A stretch of DNA of 64,000 nucleotides from assembly GCA_013626165.1 (NCBI GenBank), contig NDHX01000003.1, positions 115 to 64,114 of the forward strand. The letters are read 5' to 3'. Source of the DNA: Candidatus Velesiimonas alkalicola. Its GTDB lineage: Bacteria > Omnitrophota > Gorgyraeia > Velesiimonadales > Velesiimonadaceae. Under the pieces are notes generated by a model, which saw nothing but the letters and a program-made list of their open reading frames with translations, was not told where the DNA came from and did no database searches. A program made the translations under genes and the position numbers. This document shows positions 38,895-47,799 of the stretch, piece by piece (within the stretch, counting starts at the first letter, position 1; each line of letters begins with the position of its first letter).

Positions 38895-39089
38895 TTATTT
38901 CTTCTCTTTTTTGCTCTTTACAATAACCATCTGTCTTCCCCTGTAATATCCGCAAGAAGAACAAACACGATGTGTAAGACGGATTGCCCCGCACTGAGGA
39001 CAATCTGTAGAAGGCAATCCTGACACCCTCTGGTGTGTTCTTGATTTATCTCTTCTTGCCTGTGAGTGTCGCCTTTTAGGTAAAGCCAT
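38895..39089 (-). CDS. rpmF: 50S ribosomal protein L32
   Basis: MALPKRRHS, CPQCG..HRVC..CGYY. Confidence 0.96.
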   Translation of the reverse strand: MALPKRRHSQARRDKSRTHQRVSGLPSTDCPQCGAIRLTHRVCSSCGYYRGRQMVIVKSKKEKK

Positions 39090-39130
39090 TTGAGCCTCCT
39101 TTTTTCTAAAGCAACAGGTTCACCGGTTAC

Positions 39131-39240
39131 AGGTAACAGGGAAAAGCCGTACTCTGTATCCCGTCGCCCGTATTCCGTATACCGCATTCCATAAAAGATA
39201 CTTACGACGATACACGAACGACGGCTTTTCCCCGTTACCT
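39131..39240. repeat. Dispersed intergenic repeat, copy 2, with 20-bp flanking inverted repeat
   Basis: AGGTAACAGGGAAAAGCCGT ... ACGGCTTTTCCCCGTTACCT around the core shared with 21182. Confidence 0.85.
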
Positions 39241-39249
39241 CGTCATCTG

Positions 39250-39720
39250 TCACCTCGTCACCTGTTTTTTTAGTTTTTCTATACTTTTTATTCTACTTCT
39301 ATGAAATCTATCATCCTGCACACACTGACATTTTTCTTCATTTAGGTTTTTTCCGCATTTTGGACAAAGTCCTCTGCAATCGGGTGTGCAAAGCATCCTT
39401 ATAGGATAGTCTAAAATGAGTTCTTCTCTTACATCCTTTGTTATATCTGCCCCTTCCTTCTGGTTAATAGAATATGTAAATAAAAACTGCTTTTGTAGTT
39501 TTAACATAGATGTTTTAAGACATCTGGCACAAACAAACTCAAATGAAAAATTAACATCGGTAATGATATCAACCTTGCCGCCGTTTTTTATAACATCGCA
39601 TCTTATAATAACAGGGGATTGGATTTTTATATCCTTACGGTCAAGATCAATTTGCTCAGGTGCAAGTATCTCCTCTTTCAAAAGCCCGCTGGCCGGTATC
39701 TCACTAAGTTTTATTTTCAT
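39250..39720 (-). CDS. YceD / DUF177 family protein
   Basis: CARCL, LCTPDCRGLCPKCG.NLN; upstream of rpmF. Confidence 0.92.
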   Translation of the reverse strand: MKIKLSEIPASGLLKEEILAPEQIDLDRKDIKIQSPVIIRCDVIKNGGKVDIITDVNFSFEFVCARCLKTSMLKLQKQFLFTYSINQKEGADITKDVREELILDYPIRMLCTPDCRGLCPKCGKNLNEEKCQCVQDDRFHRSRIKSIEKLKKQVTR

Positions 39721-39794
39721 ACACTTAAAACCAGGGCAAATATGTCCCTGGCTATAAGAAGTTCTTCATTTGTAGGAATAACAAAAAGAAACTG
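39717..39794 (-). pseudogene. ackA: Acetate kinase C-terminal remnant
   Basis: FVIPTNEELLIARD..*, stop overlapping the yceD ATG. Confidence 0.8.
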
Positions 39795-40032
39795 CGCCCT
39801 CAAAACAGGGGCGTCTTAAAACAGAATAGATTTCCACTCTGGTTTTATCTACATCAAAAATTTTTAACTTTTTAAGTACCTCTTCCGGTTCACCCAACAA
39901 AACAGACATACAATAATTATTCTTCAAAATAATCCTGATTGCATTAAGCGTCCTTTCTTCTGTGCTTTCTGGAAGTATAATCTTTTTACCTGAATTTTTA
40001 GTCCTTTTTCTTATATCGTCAATCAGCCCCAC
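39766..40032 (-). pseudogene. pta: Phosphate acetyltransferase N-terminal remnant
   Basis: KKIILPESTEERTLNA..VLLG; similarity is lost after ~65 codons. Confidence 0.78.
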
Positions 40033-40063
40033 ACATCCCCCTTTAATAAAGATTTTTCTCCCG

Positions 40064-40561
40064 TCATCTGCCCGCTGTAAGTTTAAGAAATTTTTCTCTT
40101 AGTCTTTTTTCAACAAACGGAGGAACAAACTTTGAAATATCCCCGCCAAGCGATGCAACCTGATTTATAAGCCGTGAAGAAATATAAAAATATTTTTCAT
40201 CCGGCATAATACAAACTGTTTCAATATCAGGTGCAAGGTTTCTGTTTGTAAGAGACATCTGGAGTTCATATTCAAAATCCGAAAAAACCCTTAATCCTCG
40301 GACAATAATCTTTGCTTTTTTCTTTTTTGCGAAATCAATAACAAGCCCCTTAAATCCTTCTACTTTTATATTTGATATGTCTTTAACCACAATTTGGACA
40401 ATCTCAATCCTTTCATCAAGTGAAAATAAAGACTTTTTATCAGGATTTTCCCCGACACCGACAATAACCCTGTCAAACATAGAACAAACCCTTTTAATTA
40501 CATCTATATGTCCGTAGGTAATAGGATCAAATGTCCCAGGGTATATAACAATATTTTTCAT
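40064..40561 (-). CDS. coaD: Phosphopantetheine adenylyltransferase
   Basis: YPGTFDPITYGH, RGLR..SDFEYE, ISS. Confidence 0.96.
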   Translation of the reverse strand: MKNIVIYPGTFDPITYGHIDVIKRVCSMFDRVIVGVGENPDKKSLFSLDERIEIVQIVVKDISNIKVEGFKGLVIDFAKKKKAKIIVRGLRVFSDFEYELQMSLTNRNLAPDIETVCIMPDEKYFYISSRLINQVASLGGDISKFVPPFVEKRLREKFLKLTAGR

Positions 40562-40724
40562 TTTACTTTCCTTTTTATTGGCTACGGTTTTCAAACATAA
40601 AAGGCATAAATCACCCTTTTGAACAATAGAACAATTGAACATCAGACCGCAATTGAATATCGGCTTTATTGTTCTATTACTCAATTTTCAATTGCTCTAC
40701 CAATTTCGGGCCTAAACTCAAAAT

Positions 40725-40798
40725 TGGCTGCGGGACCTGGATTCGAACCAGGGTTACCTGATCCAGAGTCAGGCGTGCTACCACTGCACTATCCCGCA
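40725..40798 (-). tRNA. tRNA-Gln(CTG)
   Basis: TGCGGGATAGTGCAGTGG..CCTGA-CTCTGGA-TCAGG..GGTTCGAATCC..CCCGCAGCCA. Confidence 0.94.
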
Positions 40799-42096
40799 AC
40801 AACGCTTTTCAATCTCTGTATCGCCCTTTCTTTCCCAAGAAGTTCCATAACCTCAAAAAGTCCTGGACTTACTTTTTTTCCTGTAAGCGCAACCCTTGCA
40901 GGTTGTGCTATACTTGCAATTTTAAGCCCTTTTTCTTCGGCAAGGCCTCTTAATATATTTTCCAAATTTTTTGAATTAAATTCAAGTAGGCCTTCAATTC
41001 TTCTGATAAATTCAGAAAGTAAATTCAGCGGTTCACTTTTTAGATATTCTTCCTTCAAAACAGGGTCTGTCCGGACATTTTCCTGTTTATAAACCTGAAC
41101 AGCATCAAATAAATCTGCAAGTGTTTTTACTCTTGTATGATATAATGCAACAAATCTTTTAGTCCACTCTTCATCAAGAAAAACCTCTGATTTTATAACA
41201 TTTTTCATATAATCTTTTAATTTTTTTATTACATCTTCCGCAGACATTGTTCTCATATACTGTGAATTTATCCATTCCAATTTTTTTATATCAAACATTG
41301 CACCTGTTTTGTTCACCTTTTCAAGACTGAAAATTTTTACCATAGTATTTACATCTAATATTTCCCTGTTATCACCAGGGGACCATCCCAAAAGTAAGAG
41401 AAAATTTATCATCGCATCAGGGTCAAAACCGTCTTTCCTGTACTGCGTAAGGCTTGTTGCCCCATGTCTTTTTGAAAGTCTGCTTCTATCTGTTCCAAGT
41501 ATCAGCGGTATATGTGCATATTGAGGAATAGAAAACCTCAGCGCTTCATACAATACAATCTGTTTGGGTGTGTTTGATATATGGTCTTCTCCTCTTATTA
41601 TATGTGTTATTCCCATCGTTGCATCATCTACAACATTGGCAAAGTTAAAAGCAGGATACCCATCTGATTTTATTATGGGAAGGTCTTCAAATATAGATGT
41701 ATCAATACTTATCTTTCCTCTTACAATATCATCTACCACAACATTTTTCTTTGGCATTTTAAATACTACTCCCTTAAACAAACTTCCTTCCTGTTTTTGA
41801 CAGTATGCAAGCCCTTTTTCAAGCAGTTGTTCGGCATATTTCTTGTATATATCAAGCCTCTGTGACTGGTAATACGGACCTTCATCTGTTTTAAGCCCCA
41901 ACCAATCAAGCCCATTAGTAATGTCCAGAAGATACTCATCCTTTGAACGAACACTATCGGTATCTTCTATGCGAAGAATAAATACCCCGCTGTTATGCCT
42001 TGCAAATAGCCAGTTAAAAAGCGCTGTCCTTGCCCCTCCTATATGAAGAAAACCCGTAGGGCTTGGCGCAAAACGAACACGAACCTTACCTTGCAT
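40789..42096 (-). CDS. gltX: Glutamate--tRNA ligase
   Basis: RFAPSPTGFLHIGG, LRIEDTD, RGEDH, LSKR. Confidence 0.97.
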   Translation of the reverse strand: MQGKVRVRFAPSPTGFLHIGGARTALFNWLFARHNSGVFILRIEDTDSVRSKDEYLLDITNGLDWLGLKTDEGPYYQSQRLDIYKKYAEQLLEKGLAYCQKQEGSLFKGVVFKMPKKNVVVDDIVRGKISIDTSIFEDLPIIKSDGYPAFNFANVVDDATMGITHIIRGEDHISNTPKQIVLYEALRFSIPQYAHIPLILGTDRSRLSKRHGATSLTQYRKDGFDPDAMINFLLLLGWSPGDNREILDVNTMVKIFSLEKVNKTGAMFDIKKLEWINSQYMRTMSAEDVIKKLKDYMKNVIKSEVFLDEEWTKRFVALYHTRVKTLADLFDAVQVYKQENVRTDPVLKEEYLKSEPLNLLSEFIRRIEGLLEFNSKNLENILRGLAEEKGLKIASIAQPARVALTGKKVSPGLFEVMELLGKERAIQRLKSVVAG

Positions 42097-42097
42097 T

Positions 42098-42643
42098 CTA
42101 TCTCCTGTTTCTTATTTTCCATCCCTGTTCCAGTGCCTTTTTGTTTAATTCAAAATACCGCTTTTTTGAAGATCCCAAAGCATCATCCATAATATTTATA
42201 ATATCACTTATTTTAAAAATATTTGTAACTTTACAAAAGGCTCCTAACATAACAAGATTGGAAATTTTTATATTCCCGATATCTGATGCAATCTGTGTTG
42301 CGGAAATTCCGACCTGATTTATATTTTTAATTTTTTTCTCCTTTATCATTGAACTATTAAAAATAATTATTCCATCTGTGTTTAACCTTCTAAAAAAAGA
42401 ATCGTAAGAAATCTGGTTCATTGTAATAAAATAGTCTGCCTTATCAAACTCTGGCATTGCAATCGGTTGGCTTGATATTACAACACTGCAGTAAGCCTCC
42501 CCTCCCCGCACCTCGGCACCATATGCAGGCAGAATAGTTATAAAATATCTGTTTCTCATTGCAGCCCATCCTAACATCTTCCCCATTACAATGATACCCT
42601 GACCGCCACGACCTCCACACAATATTCTTTTTACATCACTCAT
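42098..42643 (-). CDS. 2-oxoacid:ferredoxin oxidoreductase gamma subunit
   Basis: GRGGQG, YGAEVRGG, NLVMLGA. Confidence 0.92.
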   Translation of the reverse strand: MSDVKRILCGGRGGQGIIVMGKMLGWAAMRNRYFITILPAYGAEVRGGEAYCSVVISSQPIAMPEFDKADYFITMNQISYDSFFRRLNTDGIIIFNSSMIKEKKIKNINQVGISATQIASDIGNIKISNLVMLGAFCKVTNIFKISDIINIMDDALGSSKKRYFELNKKALEQGWKIRNRR

Positions 42644-43362
42644 TTCAGAACTCCCAACGGAAAAGTTTTTATCAATTCGTTCTGGAGCCATAATGCAGAC
42701 TCAACAGGCGTCTTATCCCAGCAGCTGGGACAGGTAGATAAAATTTCAACCAGTGAAAATCCTTTTTTTTCTATCTGATTCTGGAACGCTTTTTTTATGG
42801 CCTTTTTTGTTTTTATAACATTTTGAGGGTTATGAACAGATGTTCTTTCAATATATGCAACTGCTGGCAGAAGTGCAAGCATCTCAGATATTTTCAAAGG
42901 ATAGCCATCATCTTCAGGATTTCTTCCATCAGGTGTTGTTGCGGTTTTCTGTCCGATAAGTGTAGTAGGGGCCATCTGTCCTTGTGTCATACCATAAACG
43001 GCGTTGTTTATAAAAAATATACAAATATTTTCACCCCTGTTTGCACAGTGGATAATCTCTGCAAGCCCTATTGCAGCAAGGTCCCCATCCCCCTGACATC
43101 CGAAAACTATTCTATCAGGTAGCACCCTTTTAATCCCCATTGCAACAGCAGGGACTCTTCCGTGTGCTGCCTCTGTCGTGTCAAAGTTCCAGTAGTTATA
43201 TGCAAGAACAGCACAACCGATAGGCGCAATACCTATGGTTTTCTCTCTTATATTAAGTTCATCTATTGCCTCACATATAAGACGGGTAATGATCCCATGT
43301 CCACACCCTGCACAATAATGCGTAACATTGTGCTTCATACTTTTGGGAAACCAACTTATCAT
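42640..43362 (-). CDS. 2-oxoacid:ferredoxin oxidoreductase beta (TPP-binding) subunit
   Basis: YCAGCGH, HGR, GDGD, NNAVYGMT. Confidence 0.93.
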   Translation of the reverse strand: MISWFPKSMKHNVTHYCAGCGHGIITRLICEAIDELNIREKTIGIAPIGCAVLAYNYWNFDTTEAAHGRVPAVAMGIKRVLPDRIVFGCQGDGDLAAIGLAEIIHCANRGENICIFFINNAVYGMTQGQMAPTTLIGQKTATTPDGRNPEDDGYPLKISEMLALLPAVAYIERTSVHNPQNVIKTKKAIKKAFQNQIEKKGFSLVEILSTCPSCWDKTPVESALWLQNELIKTFPLGVLK

Positions 43363-43364
43363 CT

Positions 43365-44399
43365 TTATAATAACCTCAAAACTTGTTTTTCATCTGGAAT
43401 GTTACCCCCCATTCTTCCATAAAATTCAATAGCACACCTTCCTTCAACTGAAATTTTAATATCCTCTAACATCTGCCCGGCATTCATTTCAACCACAACT
43501 ATTTTTTTTACCTTTTCAGAAATTTTTCTTAAAAAAGACCGCGGAAATGGCCAGAGCGTTATTGGTCTAAACCATCCGGCATTGATACCCTTTTTTCTTG
43601 CGTCTTCTACAACAGCCTTACATATTCTGGAAACAGTTCCAAAAGAAACAACAAGAGTTTGCGTCCCATTTTTTATATCTGCTTCAAACCGTATTTCTTT
43701 TTTTTCTATTTCCCGGTATCTGCCCTGCAGTCTTAAATTTAAGTTTTCAAGCTCATCAGGTTTTAGTAAAAGAGAACGGATAATTCTCGGCTTCCTGTTT
43801 TTACATCCGTCCAATATCCATTCTTTATCAATCTTTATGGACTTAAACTTTTTTATCTCCAATGGCTCTATCATCTGGGCAAGAATACTATCTCCAAGAA
43901 CAATGACAGGAGTTCTGTATTTTACCGCAAGGTAAAATGCATCATACATCAGGCCATACATTTCCTGAACACTTGAAGGCGCAAGTGTTATGGTTCTATA
44001 ATCGCCGTGACCGCCGCCACGTGTTGCCTGAAAATAATCACCCTGAGCAGAGGCAATATTTCCAAGTCCTGGGCCACCCCGCATCATATTTACAATAACT
44101 GCTGGAAGCTCGCATCCTGCACAATACGATATACCTTCCTGCTTTAAACTTATACCAGGGCTTGAGGAAGAGGTCATTACAAGTGCGCCTGTTACAGATG
44201 CGCCAAATACCATGTTTATGGAACTGATTTCGGATTCTGCCTGAATAAATGTGCCACCAACCTCTTTTATTCTTTTTGCCATATATTCGGTCAGTTCGTT
44301 CTGAGGGGTTATAGGATAGCCTGCATAAAATCTACATCCCGACTGGATGGCCCCTTCACCGCAAGATTCATTTCCACTTGCAAGAATTATGTTTTTCAT
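43365..44399 (-). CDS. 2-oxoacid:ferredoxin oxidoreductase alpha subunit (Vor-like)
   Basis: GYPITPQ, QAESE, SSSPGISLKQE, RGGPGLG, VEMNAGQ. Confidence 0.93.
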   Translation of the reverse strand: MKNIILASGNESCGEGAIQSGCRFYAGYPITPQNELTEYMAKRIKEVGGTFIQAESEISSINMVFGASVTGALVMTSSSSPGISLKQEGISYCAGCELPAVIVNMMRGGPGLGNIASAQGDYFQATRGGGHGDYRTITLAPSSVQEMYGLMYDAFYLAVKYRTPVIVLGDSILAQMIEPLEIKKFKSIKIDKEWILDGCKNRKPRIIRSLLLKPDELENLNLRLQGRYREIEKKEIRFEADIKNGTQTLVVSFGTVSRICKAVVEDARKKGINAGWFRPITLWPFPRSFLRKISEKVKKIVVVEMNAGQMLEDIKISVEGRCAIEFYGRMGGNIPDEKQVLRLL

Positions 44400-44636
44400 T
44401 CATCCTCTACGAATAATTAAACATCCCTGCCCGCCTTTATCTACCATTTTTATTGCCATATCCGGACATATGATTGCACAGATACCACAACCAGCACACT
44501 CCTTCGTTAAATATTCAACAGTTTGGACACCTGACTGTGTAACCTGTTTTGATAAATACAAAACTTTTTTAGGACAGTACATAACACACAGACCACAGCC
44601 TTTGCATCTGTTCTTATTTATTATTATTTTAGACAT
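44400..44636 (-). CDS. 2[4Fe-4S] ferredoxin / delta subunit
   Basis: CKGCGLC..CP and CAGCGIC..CPD. Confidence 0.92.
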   Translation of the reverse strand: MSKIIINKNRCKGCGLCVMYCPKKVLYLSKQVTQSGVQTVEYLTKECAGCGICAIICPDMAIKMVDKGGQGCLIIRRG

Positions 44637-44768
44637 CGTCAGGGTATGATACCATTAAAGGCAGGATAAATCAAATTAAGAGTGTGAGCAAAAACCCCCT
44701 TTAGGCGCAATGCCTGATACAACAAAAACACTGAATTCCACAATTTAATCGGGAAATCCATCTCTTAA

Positions 44769-44813
44769 AATTCCCCTCTTATAAGGGGGTGTCCTAAAAG
44801 GGACGGGGTGTTT
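44769..44813. repeat. Solo double-hairpin unit
   Basis: AATTCCCCTCTTATAAGGGGGTGTCCTAAAAGGGACGGGGTGTTT, abutting the stop of 44812-45396. Confidence 0.8.
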
Positions 44814-45396
44814 AAGAGTGTTGCAGCATTTTTAATTTTCTAAACCGTTTATCTTTATGCACAATTTTTGAAAGATTTAATGCCTTCTCCTTTTCCTTTT
44901 GCCCCATCACTGAAAGTAAATTCAAGATATCGTATTCATCTTTTAAGCCCCCGGCTTGAAGCTTCATTGCCACAAGATATGGCTTTGAAAAACAAGGAAA
45001 AGCAAGCCCTAAATCCTCTGCATTTTCAAGAGCTTCTATTTCCCATCCATAATGTGCAAATAAAATATCTATTGTCGGACACTCGCCCTCAATATGAGCA
45101 ATCCGTATAAGTGAATGTTTAAGGGGGTCTGAAATATTTGTAAAAGGTTTGTATTCAACATTAAAATCTAAAAGTTTTTGCTTCAAAAAAATAAAAAGGT
45201 TTTCAGGGTCAATCTCTTTCTGATTCTTATCAGTTATAACTACACATAAATCAACATCCATTGTTGTTCTCGGCACACCCTGCGAAATGATCGCCTGCCC
45301 ACCGATTAAAGCAGCCTTAATGTTGCAATTTTTTAATCTGCTAAACTTCTCTAAATTTTTTTTGACCAATCTTAAGGTACTCTTGATAGACTTCAT
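44812..45396 (-). CDS. Nucleotidyltransferase-superfamily protein (AbiEii/DUF6036-like)
   Basis: LIGGQA..GVPRTTMDVD, LVAMKL..G..KD..D. Confidence 0.72.
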   Translation of the reverse strand: MKSIKSTLRLVKKNLEKFSRLKNCNIKAALIGGQAIISQGVPRTTMDVDLCVVITDKNQKEIDPENLFIFLKQKLLDFNVEYKPFTNISDPLKHSLIRIAHIEGECPTIDILFAHYGWEIEALENAEDLGLAFPCFSKPYLVAMKLQAGGLKDEYDILNLLSVMGQKEKEKALNLSKIVHKDKRFRKLKMLQHS

Positions 45397-45526
45397 ATTC
45401 GGTTTTTCCTGTTCTTAATGCCCTTATCTTGATATGCTCCTTCAATATCCTCTCCATTGTTTCAATCCTCTTAACAGGGGATAATTTTAAAAACTGTTCC
45501 TGAATAATTTTTCTTTTACTTTGCAT
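45341..45526 (-). CDS. Small hypothetical protein, possible antitoxin
   Basis: 61 aa, LSPVKRI motif; overlaps the murG stop and the NTase 5' end. Confidence 0.45.
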   Translation of the reverse strand: MQSKRKIIQEQFLKLSPVKRIETMERILKEHIKIRALRTGKTEYEVYQEYLKIGQKKFREV

Positions 45527-46628
45527 TTATTACCTGATTTACAAGACTTAAAACCGCATCTTTTTTATACAAACGAACCATCTTTGACGATATTTCGTCT
45601 TTTATATTTTTATCAATAATCCTTAAAATTTCACAACAGAGAACCTCTGGGCTTAATTCTTTTTCTTCTATAACAATACAACCCGTTTTTGTTTGTAGCC
45701 ATCTCGCATTATAAACCTGATGATTTGTTCCAGCAGAATGGGGGATAAGTATTGCAGGAAGACCGAAAGCACACAGTTCAGTTATTGTCCCTGCTCCTGC
45801 CCTGCATATTGCAACATTGGATACCTTATATATACCTGTTATTTTATCAGAGAAATCGAAAACAACGCAGGGTATTTTAAGAAGAGCATACCTTTGCCGG
45901 ACAGATTTATAATCTGCTATGCCCGTTATATGTATAACCTGTATACGGGATTTTATGTTTTCTGGCAATTTTTCCAATGCTAACAAAACCTGTTCATTTA
46001 TTAAGTGCGAGCCCTGACTTCCTCCTAAAACAAGTATTGTCGTTTTATCTTTGCTTAAGGAGTTTTGTGGCAGGATATTGTTAAATATATCTTCTTTTAT
46101 TAAATTTCCTGTATAAACAACATTTTTGTTCTTAAAATATTTTTTGGCATCCTCAATCCCGACAGCAACAGTACTTGCATATTTAGAAAGAAAAAGATTT
46201 GCCCTTCCAGGTGTGGCATTCTGTTCATGTATAAGGATTGGTATATTAAGCATCTTTGCTGAAAATACAACCGGAGCAGATGCAAACCCCCCCATACCAA
46301 CAACAACCGAGGGAGAAATGTTTTTTAAGATTTTTTTGGAATAGAAAATACCGCAGGACATTATTTTAAAAAATCTAAGCCAATAAAAAATATTTTTATC
46401 CGTAGGCATTGCAATACTGGGAACAGGAAAAGCAGAAAATCCCTGTTTTTTAAATATTTCAGCCTCCTTGTCCATAACAAATTTTTTCTTTTCTGAACAG
46501 AAAAATACCACCTCATATCCCAGTTCTTTTAACTTCTTTCCAAGCACAATCCCGGGTAATATATGTCCAGTTGTTCCCCCGCAGGCAATTACAATTTTTT
46601 TATTTTTGGCAACGCAACCGTTGTTCAT
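45516..46628 (-). CDS. murG: MurG glycosyltransferase
   Basis: GGTTGHI.PG, HEQN, GGSQG, RAGAGT, HQ..NA. Confidence 0.96.
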   Translation of the reverse strand: MNNGCVAKNKKIVIACGGTTGHILPGIVLGKKLKELGYEVVFFCSEKKKFVMDKEAEIFKKQGFSAFPVPSIAMPTDKNIFYWLRFFKIMSCGIFYSKKILKNISPSVVVGMGGFASAPVVFSAKMLNIPILIHEQNATPGRANLFLSKYASTVAVGIEDAKKYFKNKNVVYTGNLIKEDIFNNILPQNSLSKDKTTILVLGGSQGSHLINEQVLLALEKLPENIKSRIQVIHITGIADYKSVRQRYALLKIPCVVFDFSDKITGIYKVSNVAICRAGAGTITELCAFGLPAILIPHSAGTNHQVYNARWLQTKTGCIVIEEKELSPEVLCCEILRIIDKNIKDEISSKMVRLYKKDAVLSLVNQVINAK

Positions 46629-47722
46629 ACCAACCTGTTTTTTATATCTTTTCCCACATTTAATACTATGCCGATTAAAACAAGATTGCACACAAGTGCA
46701 GAGCCTCCGTAAGACAAAAAGGGGAGTACAAGTCCTTTTGTAGGAAGAAGCGCCAGAGATACTGCTATATTTATCCCAATCTCTATTGCAAGCTTACTTA
46801 TAATACCTATTACAATTAGATGTCCAAAAAGATCGTTTGACTTAAAGGCAATCCTTGCACTATGAAAAAGCACCGACAGATACAAAAAAAGTATGACAGC
46901 CGCTCCTATAAATCCAAGTTCTTCTGCTATTATTGAAAAGATAAAATCTGTATGCGCTTCTGGAAGAAAATAAAGTTTCTGATACGAATCGCCCAATCCT
47001 TTTCCAAAAAAACCACCTGAACCGATTGCAATAAGAGACTGGATCGGTTGATAGCCAACACCCAGGGGGTCTCTCCAGGGATTTATAAATGTAAGAACCC
47101 TTTCTATTCTATAAGCCTTATGTATTATAAATGCAATTACAACAGGAATGCTACCGATAACCATTGGGACAATATGAACCATCCTTATGCCCGCAACATA
47201 AAACATAATAGATGCTATAAATATTATTATAACAGAGGTACCCAGGTCAGGCCCAATAATGATAAGCCCCGTGCACAGACCAAGTATAAGCATAGGAGGA
47301 AGAAATCCTTCAGAAAAACTGTTTATCTTCGGCTGTTTTCTTGAAAGTACCTCGGCAAGATACAGGATAAGTGTTATCTTTGCAAACTCGGAAGGTTGAA
47401 AACTAAATGGCCCTATCACAAACCATCTTCTTGCTCCTCTTATTTCATGACCTATACCTGGAATAAGAACAAGCAAAAGAAGAAGGATTGTCAAAAAAAG
47501 AAGGGGTTTTGTCCACTTTCTTAATTTTACATAGTCTATGCTCATTACAAAGAACATCAGGATAAGGCCTACTATAAAAAATAAAATGTGCCGCTTTAAA
47601 AAAAATTCACCATCTCCAAATCTTTCAAGTGCAAATAAAGAACTTGCACTGTAAACCATAACAATACCTATACAGGTGAGAATTAAAACACTAAAAAACA
47701 ATGAAAGCCTTGAATTACGCAT
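46625..47722 (-). CDS. ftsW: Cell division SEDS protein FtsW
   Basis: VYSAS, RRW, QPSEFAK, PEAHTDFIF, SYGGS. Confidence 0.95.
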   Translation of the reverse strand: MRNSRLSLFFSVLILTCIGIVMVYSASSLFALERFGDGEFFLKRHILFFIVGLILMFFVMSIDYVKLRKWTKPLLFLTILLLLLVLIPGIGHEIRGARRWFVIGPFSFQPSEFAKITLILYLAEVLSRKQPKINSFSEGFLPPMLILGLCTGLIIIGPDLGTSVIIIFIASIMFYVAGIRMVHIVPMVIGSIPVVIAFIIHKAYRIERVLTFINPWRDPLGVGYQPIQSLIAIGSGGFFGKGLGDSYQKLYFLPEAHTDFIFSIIAEELGFIGAAVILFLYLSVLFHSARIAFKSNDLFGHLIVIGIISKLAIEIGINIAVSLALLPTKGLVLPFLSYGGSALVCNLVLIGIVLNVGKDIKNRLV

Positions 47723-47799
47723 ATCTATATCTAAAGCAAAGCATAAGTTCCAACCCATTAAGGGCAATGCTTACAAATTTTTTCCCTTTTAACTTAAAT

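Noticed and set aside
38918-39253. 111-aa ORF overlapping rpmF
   Set aside because: Translation of the heptamer-based repeat plus an alternative frame of rpmF.
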